DNA of 53,172 nt, taken from positions 1 to 53,172 of the forward strand of contig CAYPFH010000001.1 in assembly GCA_964409825.1 (NCBI GenBank), in the 5' to 3' direction. Source of the DNA: an uncultured Desulfobacterales bacterium (lineage in GTDB: Bacteria; Desulfobacterota; Desulfobacteria; Desulfobacterales; CAFBRK01). Below the pieces are notes generated by a model. That model saw only the letters and a list, made by a program, of their open reading frames with translations. It ran no database searches and was not told the origin of the DNA. Both the position numbers and the translations under genes were made by a program. This document shows positions 1 to 7,190 of this stretch, one piece after another; within the stretch, counting starts at the first letter, position 1, and each line of letters begins with the position of its first letter.

Positions 1-861
1 AACCGCAATCTATGCGCTGATCAACTCGGCCATCCTGGCCCTGATGGCCATCGGATTCAACCTCACCTTCGGCATCAGCGGGGTGGCCAACTTCGCCTAC
101 GGCGCCTTTTACGTGCTGGCGGCCTACGGCATATTGGGCCTCTTGAACTTGCTGCACCTGCCCTACCCGGCGGCGGCGGCCCTTGCCGTGGCCGCCAACC
201 TGGCGCTCGGAGCGCTCCTGTACCGGTTCGTGCTGCTTCGCGTCCGGGGCCAGGCGCTTTCCGAGGTGATCGCCACCTTCGGCATCGGCCTGGCGATCCT
301 GGAGCTGTTCAGCTACTTCGGATGGGTCGGGTTCGAATACACCCTGCCGGCCTTTTTCGATAAAAGCTTTATCATCGCGGACACCTACGTCGATTTCCAG
401 CGCATCGCCATCGTGGCCTTCAGCGCCCTTCTGATCGCGGGCCTGTGGCTGTTCACCCACAACACCGCCACCGGCCTCGCCTTCCGGGGAATCGCCCAAG
501 ACGAGCGAACCGCCCTGACATTCGGCATCGATTCGGACTGGGTGGCCACCTTGAGCGTGTCCTTCGGCGCCGGGCTTGCCGCAGTGGCTGCCCTGTTCAT
601 CATCCCCCTGGGGACCATCGCCCCGGGGAAGGATACGACGTGCTCATCAAGGCCCTGGCGGTGTGCATCATCGGCGGGTTGGGAAGCACCGGCGGCGTGA
701 TCGTGGCAAGCTTCATCGTGGGCTTCGCCGAGCGGTTCACCGACACCTACATCGGTTCTCACTGGACCATGATCGTGAGCCTGGCGGCCATCCTGGTGGT
801 TCTCACGATCAAGCCCTCGGGACTTTTCGGAAAACAAAAAGAGCTGGAAGAAAGGATCTGA
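1..861 (+). pseudogene. livH: Branched-chain amino acid ABC transporter permease (LivH family). It is 5'-partial (runs off the window) and interrupted by a 1-nt frameshift.
   Basis: Frame 2 reads AIYALINSAILALMAIGFNLTFGISGVANFAYGAF... through ...IIPLGTIAPG. The conserved C-terminus (EGYDVLIKALAVCIIGGLGSTGGVIVASFIVGFAERF...) continues in frame 1 to the stop at 859-861. The frame switch lies in the run ccccgggg at 621-628. Confidence 0.75.
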
Positions 862-868
862 TCGACCA

Positions 869-1630
869 TTGAAGAAGCGACAGGAACGAATCGACCGGGG
901 CATCAAGGTGCGGTCGGCGGACATTTTCGCCCTGCTTTCCTGGCGGGAGATGGTCTACCAGGCGGCGCCGCGGCTGCTGCCGGTTTTTGCCCTCATCGTG
1001 CTGCCCCTCGTACTCGGCGTCTACTGGCAGAAGGTGCTGCTGTCGGTGGCGGTGTTCGCCCTGCTGGCAATCAGCTGGGACATCCTGGCCCAGACCGGGA
1101 TGATCTCCCTGGGGCAGGCCCTTTTTTTCGGCCTGGGCGCCTACTGCGCCGGCGTGCTGAACCACTATTTCCATCTTTCTCCGTTTGTCACGCTGCCGGC
1201 AGCCACCCTGCTGGGGGGGCTGCTCTCCACCCTCCTGCTGCTGCCGGTGCTGCGCCTGCGCGGAATCTATTTTTCCATGGTCACGCTCATCGTTCCGTTG
1301 ATGCTGGTCCGGGTGATCGAGGCGACCAAGATCTTCGGCGGCACCGAGGGACTTAGCGGCATGACCCCCCTGCCGTCTTCGTGGATCTAGCTTTACCTGA
1401 TCATGGCCGTGCTGCTGGCGGCCCTGTTCGGCTTCCGGCGGATGATGGATTCCGACTACGGCCTGGTGCTCAAGGGGATCAAGGACAACGACCGCTCCGT
1501 GATCAACGCCGGCATCGACATTTACTGGTTCAAGGCGCAGTCGCTGTTCATCGCCGCCCTGCCGGAGGGGATCTTTCACTACATCCAGCGCAAATATCAC
1601 CAGTTCGAACGGTGGGTGGAGGTGGAATGA
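869..1630 (+). pseudogene. livM: Branched-chain amino acid ABC transporter permease (LivM family) with an in-frame TAG at 1388-1390 and an apparently shortened C-terminus
   Basis: ORFs 869..1390 and 1403..1630 are in the same frame, separated only by TAG: ...GMTPLPSSWI*LYLIMAVLLAALFG.... LivM-like motifs are present (GMISLGQALFFGLGAY, LRLRGIYFSMVTL, DYGLVLKGIKDND). The sequence ends about 25 aa after the K..F..A helix, where LivM normally continues for roughly 50-60 aa (GG.G..G segment). Confidence 0.7.
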
Positions 1631-2385
1631 GGACAACAGCCCCGATTCTGCAGGTGGAAGATGTGAGCAAGTCCTTCGGCGGCGTGCAGGCCCTTCATCA
1701 CGTCAGTTTCGACGTTGCACCCGGAGAGCTTCTGGGAGTCATCGGCCCCAACGGTTCCGGCAAGACCACCCTGGTCAACACGATCACGCGGTTCGTAAAG
1801 CCCACCTCCGGGCAGGTGAAGTTCATGGGGAAAAAGATCAGCCACCTTGCGCCCCACAAGATCGTCCGGCTCGGAATCGCCCGGACCTTTCAGATGGTCA
1901 AGCCATTCTATCACCTGCCGGCCTACAAGAACATGATCATCCCGCTTTTTTCGCCGCGCATGAAGCAGCTGGCCGGCGGCCGATACGGCGACCGGAATGC
2001 GGTGGCGCTCGATCTGCTGGAGGAAGTGGGCTTCGAACGGGACGCGTTCGTGGCCTACAAGGCCGCCGGCGCCCTTCCCCAGGGGTATCTCAAGCGGCTG
2101 GAGCTGGCCAAGGCCCTCGCCCTGCAGTCTGAGCTGTTCATTTTAGACGAGCTGTTTTCGGGGCTTAGCCTGGCCGAGGTGGCCAGTATCGTTCCGATCA
2201 TCGAAAAGATCCGCCTGGCGGGCAAGACCATCATCATGATCGAGCACCGGCTCAAGGAGCTTTTCCGCATCGCCGACCGGGTCATCGTCATGAACTTCGG
2301 TCAGAAGATCGCCGACGGCCCGGCCGAGAAGGTGATGGAAGACGAGGCGGTCAAATCCGCCTATCTGGGATCGGAAACCGGATGA
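1627..2385 (+). CDS. livG: ABC transporter ATP-binding protein (LivG-like)
   Basis: MRTTAPILQVEDVSKSFGGVQAL..., Walker A GPNGSGKTT and Walker B FILDE. The ATG at 1627 overlaps the livM stop (ATGA). The signature motif is divergent (LPQGYLKRLE). Confidence 0.85.
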   Translation: MRTTAPILQVEDVSKSFGGVQALHHVSFDVAPGELLGVIGPNGSGKTTLVNTITRFVKPTSGQVKFMGKKISHLAPHKIVRLGIARTFQMVKPFYHLPAYKNMIIPLFSPRMKQLAGGRYGDRNAVALDLLEEVGFERDAFVAYKAAGALPQGYLKRLELAKALALQSELFILDELFSGLSLAEVASIVPIIEKIRLAGKTIIMIEHRLKELFRIADRVIVMNFGQKIADGPAEKVMEDEAVKSAYLGSETG

Positions 2386-2433
2386 AAACCGGTCTTCGGT
2401 CATGGGTCATTAAAATGCGAGAGGGGTACAACT

Positions 2434-2478
2434 CAACTTTCGGGATTCGAGATACCGCGAAATGAAACCCGAAAGTTG
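2434..2478. repeat. Perfect 11-bp inverted repeat CAACTTTCGGG-N23-CCCGAAAGTTG in the livG-livF spacer
   Basis: Read directly: arms at 2434-2444 and 2468-2478 are exact reverse complements. Confidence 0.8.
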
Positions 2479-2540
2479 TGGCAGAAGTTGTTCCTTACGG
2501 CGGGGGAGATCTGCAACCGAACGGCCGCAGACATCAAAAC

Positions 2541-2596
2541 TGACCGATGACGAATGACGGATGACCGGTGACCGCTTTTCAATGACCGTTGACCAT
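2541..2596. repeat. Heptanucleotide tandem repeat TGACNNN (5 consecutive units, one degenerate unit, then 2 more)
   Basis: TGAC starts at 2541, 2548, 2555, 2562, 2569, then 2583 and 2590. The units are TGACCGA TGACGAA TGACGGA TGACCGG TGACCGC ttttcaa TGACCGT TGACCAT, and the period of 7 is kept across the gap. Confidence 0.85.
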
Positions 2597-2658
2597 TTTC
2601 ACATACCCAAGGCTGATTCACAAACTGCTTTGCTTCACGATTGATTGAAAGGCATGAA

Positions 2659-3405
2659 ATGCTGGAAGTAAACGACCTGATGGTGTTTTTCGAAAACGCG
2701 CTGGCCCTGAACAGCCTGAACCTGGAGGTGCGCGAAGGCGAGATCGTCGGGCTGATCGGCCCCAACAGCGCCGGCAAGACCACCTTCATGAACACAATCT
2801 CCGGTCTGATTATCGACATGCGGATCAAGGAAAAAAGAAAAGGCGGCGAGCGGATCAGCGTTTACGGCAGCATCGTATACAACGGCGAGGACATCACGGA
2901 AATGTCGCCGGTCGAAAGGGTCAAGCGCGGCGTGGTGCTCTCCCGGGAGCGCCATCCGGTCTTTGCCGAAAGCAGTGTCGTGGAAAACTTCAAGATCGCC
3001 GGGTTCTTGAGAAAAAAATCCGAGATCAAGGAGACCATGGAGTTTGTCTTTTCGCTGTTTCCGCCCCTGGAAAAGCTGAAAAACCGCAAAGCCGGGTTTT
3101 TGAGCGGCGGTGAGCAGCAGATGCTGGCCATCGGCATGGCCCTGGTGGTGCGGCCGAAGCTGCTGCTGCTCGACGAGCCCCTGCTGGGCTTAAGCCCCCT
3201 CATGCAAAAGGCCGTGGTGGACACCATCGTCACCCTCAACCGGGACTCGGGCATCACGGTGCTGCTCAGCGAACAGTTCGCCCGGCCCGTGCTGCCCATG
3301 GTGGACCGGGCCTTTGTCGTGGAAAACGGCATGTTGACCTTGTCGGGTACCGGCGCCGAACTGATGAGCAATCCGGAAATCAAAGCCGCCTATTTCGGAG
3401 TCTGA
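2659..3405 (+). CDS. livF: ABC transporter ATP-binding protein (LivF-like)
   Basis: MLEVNDLMVFFENALALNSLNLEVREGEIVGLIGPNSAGKTT (Walker A), LSGGEQQ signature and LLLLDEP Walker B. The ATG at 2659 is preceded by AAAGG. There is an extra insert after Walker A (IDMRIKEKRKGGERISVYGS). Confidence 0.85.
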   Translation: MLEVNDLMVFFENALALNSLNLEVREGEIVGLIGPNSAGKTTFMNTISGLIIDMRIKEKRKGGERISVYGSIVYNGEDITEMSPVERVKRGVVLSRERHPVFAESSVVENFKIAGFLRKKSEIKETMEFVFSLFPPLEKLKNRKAGFLSGGEQQMLAIGMALVVRPKLLLLDEPLLGLSPLMQKAVVDTIVTLNRDSGITVLLSEQFARPVLPMVDRAFVVENGMLTLSGTGAELMSNPEIKAAYFGV

Positions 3406-3408
3406 TCC

Positions 3409-4245
3409 ATGACGCAAAACCGAACCATTTTCGAAGCCTTTCGGTCCACAGCCGAAAAACACGCCAAAGACACCGCCGTCATCTATCTGGGCACCCGCTA
3501 CAGCTACGAAAAGGTCCGGCGCATGTCCGAGGCCTTCGCCGCGGCCCTGATCGACAAGGGGTTTTCCCCCGGCCAGCGGGCAGTCATCTACGTGCCCAAC
3601 GGCATCCAGTGGGTGGTGGCCTGGCTGGGAATCCATCGGGCCGGGGGGATGTGCGTGCCCATCACGCCGATCTATACGCCGAGTGATCTTTCCTACATCG
3701 CAAACGACAGCGATGCGGAGGCGATCGTCTGCGCCGACACCAACTTCGGCTATGTCAACCGGGTCCTTCCGGAAACCAAAATCCGGCTGACAGTGATCAC
3801 GAAGATGGCCGAGCTTCTGCCCGCCTACAAGCGGCTGTACGGCTACCTGTTCGACATCGTTCCCCGGGGAAAGGTCGTCTTCGACGAAAGCACCTTCGAG
3901 ATGCGAACCCTTCTTTCCGACTATGCCGGAAAGACCGGCCGCCTGCCGGAACTTTCCGGAAAGGGGGACGCGCTGGCCGAAATCCTGTACACCGGCGGCA
4001 CCACGAAACATCCCAAGGGGGTGCCCCTCACCCACGACCTTTTCCTGGTCTCGGCAAACGAGCAGATCCGGGTGAGCGAACCGCTCTTTGCCGCCTACGA
4101 CCTGATCAAGTGGTGCCGGAAGGCGCTGGTCTCCTACAAGGTGCCCCAGTATATCGAGTTTCGGGACATGCTGCCCAAGTCGAAGGTGGGAAAACTGCTT
4201 CGCCGAGAGATCCGGGACGAGGAGTCCAGAAGGGCGCAGGCATAG
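3409..4245 (+). pseudogene. AMP-dependent synthetase/ligase (acyl-CoA ligase family) remnant: an open 278-aa frame lacking about half of the enzyme through an in-frame internal deletion
   Basis: The N-terminal region runs up to the adenylation P-loop YTGGTTKHPKGVPLTH. About 25 aa later it is joined directly to the extreme C-terminal motif (DLIKWCRKALVSYKVPQYIEFRDMLPKSKVGKLLRREIRDEE). Family members are about 500-560 aa. The junction is near 4085-4100. Confidence 0.7.
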
Positions 4246-4360
4246 CGGCCCGGGTGCGGTCTTGTCCGCCTCAGGAGCAACTACGCGAAACTGTCAAGGT
4301 TTCATTCACGATCAAGCTGGTCGCCTCCGCCGTGCACCGGCGGGGCAGAGAGGAAGCCGG

Positions 4361-4807
4361 ATGGATTTTTCGCTGACCAAGGAGCAGAAAGAAATCGTCA
4401 CGGCGGCGCGAAAGTTCGCCAAGGGGGAGTTTCCCGGTCGTGCCCAGGAATTCGACCGGGAGGAGAAGTTCGACCTCAGCCTGTGGAAAAAGGCCTGCGA
4501 GCTGGGATTCGTGGGGGTCTTCATCGAGGAAAAATACGGCGGCGCCGGGTACGGCTTTTTCGAGCACTGCCTTTTGAACGAGGAATTCTGGGCCGTGGAG
4601 CCGGGGATCGGCTTTTCCATCCTGTCGACCTCCTTCGGCGCCGAGCTGCTGACCCTGTTCGGAACCGAACCCCAAGCAGATGCCACCGCTTTCAACAAGT
4701 CGACGGTTTTGGATGGCTGGCAGGCTTTTCCGCTTCGCGCTGATGCTGCTCATCTTGGGCTGCAACCCGGCCGCTTCCGATTCATCCCGAACCGGACCTT
4801 CAGATAA
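4361..4807 (+). pseudogene. Acyl-CoA dehydrogenase fragment (N-terminal domain only)
   Basis: MDFSLTKEQKEIVTAARKFAKGEFPGRAQEFDREEKFDLSLWKKACELGFVGVFIEEKYGGAGYGF...LFGTEPQ matches the ACAD N-terminal helical domain. Similarity stops near 4675 (the expected ..EEQK..YLP.. is missing), and the frame then runs through unrelated sequence to the stop at 4807. Confidence 0.7.
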
Positions 4808-4955
4808 AAGAGCCGAACCCATGACGACGGCAATCGCAGCCAAAACACAGCCGGCCTTGCGGCCTCCCATCGATGACGTCGTACCGTCTCAGATCGAAAC
4901 CGTCGCGACCTCATGCGGGATCTTCACCGGTTCGGCTTCTCCGACCGGCAATTGA
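4713..4955 (+). CDS. Possible small lipoprotein (hypothetical, 80 aa)
   Basis: MAGRLFRFALMLLILGCNPAAS has a signal peptide with lipobox LILG|C. Third codon positions are GC-rich. There is no clear SD, and it starts right after the ACAD truncation point. Confidence 0.3.
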   Translation: MAGRLFRFALMLLILGCNPAASDSSRTGPSDKRAEPMTTAIAAKTQPALRPPIDDVVPSQIETVATSCGIFTGSASPTGN

Positions 4956-5149
4956 CGGATTCCACGGCCGCCGCCCGGGTCAACGGATATGTGGGCGGCC
5001 ACGGAACGCCTGGCCAGCTAGAAGACGAACTGCCGCTTTTGGGTCTCACCGAAGCCGGCGAAAACATCCTGCGCGGTATTGTCCGTCAACAAAGATAGAA
5101 ACGGTGCATGAACCGCATGATCGGCGGGTGCATGGCAGCCGGTATTCGA

Positions 5150-5656
5150 CTACCCCTTCACCAAATGCCGAACGATGTGGGAAAGTTCGGGGAAGATCAG
5201 TTCGTTGCAGGCAAGCTGACTGGCCTTGAGACTGCCGGGCATGGCAAAGACCACCGCATCGGAGACGATGCCGGCACAGGCCCGGGAGACGATGGCGGCC
5301 GAGTCGATCTGCTCGAAGGAAAGCTGGGCAAAAAGGGTGGAAAAGCCGGTCAGCTCCTTTAAAAACAACGGGCGCAGGGCCTCGATGGTCACGTCTGAAG
5401 CGGCCAGACCGGTTCCGCCCGTGACCAGCACGGCCTGTGCCCCTTGATCCTGCACGGCCCTGCAGACGGTCGAGGCGACGGCCCCGGCCTCGTCGGGAAC
5501 CACTTCGTGGAAAACCAGATGGTGGCCCTCCTTTTTCACCCGCTTGGCCATCCAGAGGCCGCTTTTGTCCTCTTTGATCGTGCGGGTGGTGGAGACGGTG
5601 ACGATGGCCACAGCCACGCTTTTCGGGGCGTCTTTTTTGTGTTCTTTCGTACTCAC
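5150..5656 (-). CDS. moaB: Molybdenum cofactor biosynthesis protein B (MoaB/Mog family)
   Basis: 168 aa. VAVAIVTVSTTR...VLVTGGTGLAASDVT...AGIVSDAVVFAMPGS is typical of the MoaB/MogA fold. The GTG start overlaps the pyrR stop (GTGA). Confidence 0.85.
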   Translation of the reverse strand: MSTKEHKKDAPKSVAVAIVTVSTTRTIKEDKSGLWMAKRVKKEGHHLVFHEVVPDEAGAVASTVCRAVQDQGAQAVLVTGGTGLAASDVTIEALRPLFLKELTGFSTLFAQLSFEQIDSAAIVSRACAGIVSDAVVFAMPGSLKASQLACNELIFPELSHIVRHLVKG

Positions 5657-6186
5657 GGCTCCAGGACCACCTCGTCGGTACCGTCTGTTTCGGCCAATCT
5701 GACGTTGACGGTCTGAGCGTGCCGGGTTTCGACGAACCTGCCCACATAATTGCCCTCGATGGGCAGCTCCCGGTGGCCCCGGTCGACCAGCACCGCCAGT
5801 TCGATTCGGTCCGGCCGGCCGTAGTCCATCAGGGCATCCATGGCCGCCCGGATCGTTCTTCCGGTAAACAGCACGTCATCGACCAGGATGATCTGACGCC
5901 CGTCCACCGAAAAATCGATCTGGGTGGTCCGGACCACCGGATGATGGGTAACCCGGGTCCAGTCGTCCCGATACAGGTTGATGTCGATCTCTCCGGTGGG
6001 AATGTCCGCGCCTTCGATTTCGCGGATCTTTGCCTGGAGCCGGCGGGCCAGGTCGACGCCCCGGGTCTGAATGCCGACCAGGGCAAGGTTTCTGGCCCCC
6101 TTGTGAACCTCGACGATCTCATGGGCCATCCGGGTGAGAATCCGGTCGATATCCTTTTGCAACAAAAGCGTCTCTGGGGAACTCAT
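5653..6186 (-). CDS. pyrR: Bifunctional pyrimidine operon regulator / uracil phosphoribosyltransferase PyrR
   Basis: DIDRILTRMAHEIVE..., the PRPP-binding motif ILVDDVLFTGRTIRAAMDAL, and VLVDRGHRELPIEGNYVG. The ATG at 6186 was chosen (GGAAGGAA lies upstream). An alternative GTG at 6219 would add 11 aa. Confidence 0.9.
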   Translation of the reverse strand: MSSPETLLLQKDIDRILTRMAHEIVEVHKGARNLALVGIQTRGVDLARRLQAKIREIEGADIPTGEIDINLYRDDWTRVTHHPVVRTTQIDFSVDGRQIILVDDVLFTGRTIRAAMDALMDYGRPDRIELAVLVDRGHRELPIEGNYVGRFVETRHAQTVNVRLAETDGTDEVVLEP

Positions 6187-6518
6187 GGAAGCACCATTCC
6201 TTCCGGGATTCGTTGCCACACCGAAGATCGGCGTTGGCGCCGGAGTTTTCCGGATCCCCTATGGCAGAGCTCGATGCCTCTGACCAGGCTCAGATGACCC
6301 GGCTTTCCAGGCTGCATTAAGATCCATGTCTATCTCAGGACACGGCCAAGATCAAGCCCATAGGGGGATCGCCAACCTGGGGCGGGAGATATCCCTTGAT
6401 TTTTCGATGGGTTTCTCCTACCTTGCTGGGCATCTGAAAGCGTCTGAGCCGCAACCGCTACATGCAAAGAGGCCCGAAGCCAAATACGGCCCCATCCGTC
6501 ACCGGCGTTATTCAGGCC

Positions 6519-6540
6519 GCGGGAAAGAGATCCCGCTTTT
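6519..6540 (+). terminator. Weak terminator- or attenuator-like hairpin (GCGGGA-aagaga-TCCCGC + TTTT) inside the 435-nt spacer upstream of the moaE-like gene
   Basis: Read directly: 6-bp GC-rich stem, 6-nt loop and a T4 run. Function is unproven. Confidence 0.3.
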
Positions 6541-6655
6541 CCGGCATGAACAAGGCCTTGATCTGCAGAAGACCTGTCCGACGCCGAAACCGTCCTCGCC
6601 AGATTCGGCCGGCAGGCGCCCACCGGCGCCGACAAAGAAAAGAACGGAGCCTGGC

Positions 6656-7015
6656 ATGAAAATCGAGCCTTTGCTTCAGCGCGTCAAGACCCGTCCGGAT
6701 TTTTCCGAAGCCGGCATGGTATTGATTCACAACGGCGTGGTGCGCGCCACATCCCGGGATGGCCGGAATGTCACCGGGCTTCGGGTCTCGGTGGACCATA
6801 AAAGGCTGGCGTCGGTCATATCCTCGGCGCGGAAAAAGCCGGGAATTGTTGCCGTGGAGGTTCAGATCGCCGAAGACCGGGATCTGTCCGTGGGCGACGA
6901 TGTCATGGTGCTGATCGTCGCCGGCGACATCCGGGAAAACGTGCTCGCGGTGCTGTCAGAAACCCTGGACGCGATCAAAACCACCGTCACGAGCAAAACC
7001 GAGTTCTTTGGGTAG
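6656..7015 (+). CDS. MoaE-fold protein (molybdopterin synthase catalytic subunit-like, short form, 119 aa)
   Basis: AGMVLIHNGVVRATSRDGRNVTGLRV...GIVAVEVQIAEDRDLSVGDDVMVLIVAGDIRENVLAVLSETLDAIKTTVTSKTEFF follows the MoaE pattern (G.VR...V..L, G.l.vGd..v.v.v.g..R, iK..v..K.E). It sits among Moco genes. The N-terminal extension of ORF 6326..7015 is not protein-like. Confidence 0.5.
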   Translation: MKIEPLLQRVKTRPDFSEAGMVLIHNGVVRATSRDGRNVTGLRVSVDHKRLASVISSARKKPGIVAVEVQIAEDRDLSVGDDVMVLIVAGDIRENVLAVLSETLDAIKTTVTSKTEFFG

Positions 7016-7060
7016 TGCTCGCCGGCATAATTTTGCCTACATATCTCAGAGCCAAGAAAA

Positions 7061-7143
7061 CTCACCGCCGAGACACGGAGAGCGCAGAGAAAACCGTTTC
7101 ACACTTCTTAGCGCATCCTCTGCGGCCTCAGCGCCTCGGCGGT
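7061..7143 (+). repeat. Dispersed REP/MITE-like palindromic element, copy A (nested stems ACCGCCGAG/CTCGGCGGT and CGCAGAG/CTCTGCG)
   Basis: It shares a 16-nt identical core GCGCAGAGAAAACCGT plus flanking blocks (CTCACCGC.GAG, ATCCTC.GCG, CTCAGCG) with the inverted copy at 18934-18998. Confidence 0.7.
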
Positions 7144-7190
7144 AAAACAAATTGTCGGCATACCAATCCGACATGTACCCAGGAGCGCCC

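Noticed and set aside
320-345. GGTTCGAAT-type T-loop-like strings (also near 30870) as tRNA fragments
   Set aside because: They lie inside well-supported coding frames, and no acceptor or anticodon arms can be drawn around them.
1388-1390. The in-frame TAG in livM as programmed recoding (pyrrolysine or read-through)
   Set aside because: Pyl is confined to methylamine methyltransferase-type genes with dedicated pyl machinery, and none is seen here. The neighbouring genes carry independent inactivating lesions, so a plain nonsense mutation is far more likely.
2541-2596. The tandem repeats as a CRISPR array
   Set aside because: The units are 7-nt contiguous heptads with no spacers, there is no repeat-spacer periodicity of 28-37 + 30-40 nt, and no cas genes occur in the window.
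6265-6300. PyrR-binding RNA loop in the pyrR leader (GCCUGGUCAGAGGC)
   Set aside because: It only partially resembles the UCCAGAGAGGC consensus, and no adjacent terminator/antiterminator pair was recognisable. It is kept only as something to test with a covariance model (see the 6187-6655 finding).
7016-7190. Possible Moco riboswitch upstream of moaC: a long-range stem ACCGCCGAG/CTCGGCGGT enclosing an inner stem, in the right gene context
   Set aside because: The same element (16-nt identical core plus flanks) recurs in inverted orientation at 18934-18998, between dapA and a ykgJ-like gene, which is unrelated to Moco. It therefore behaves as a dispersed REP/MITE-like repeat. I also could not match the Moco motif consensus by eye.
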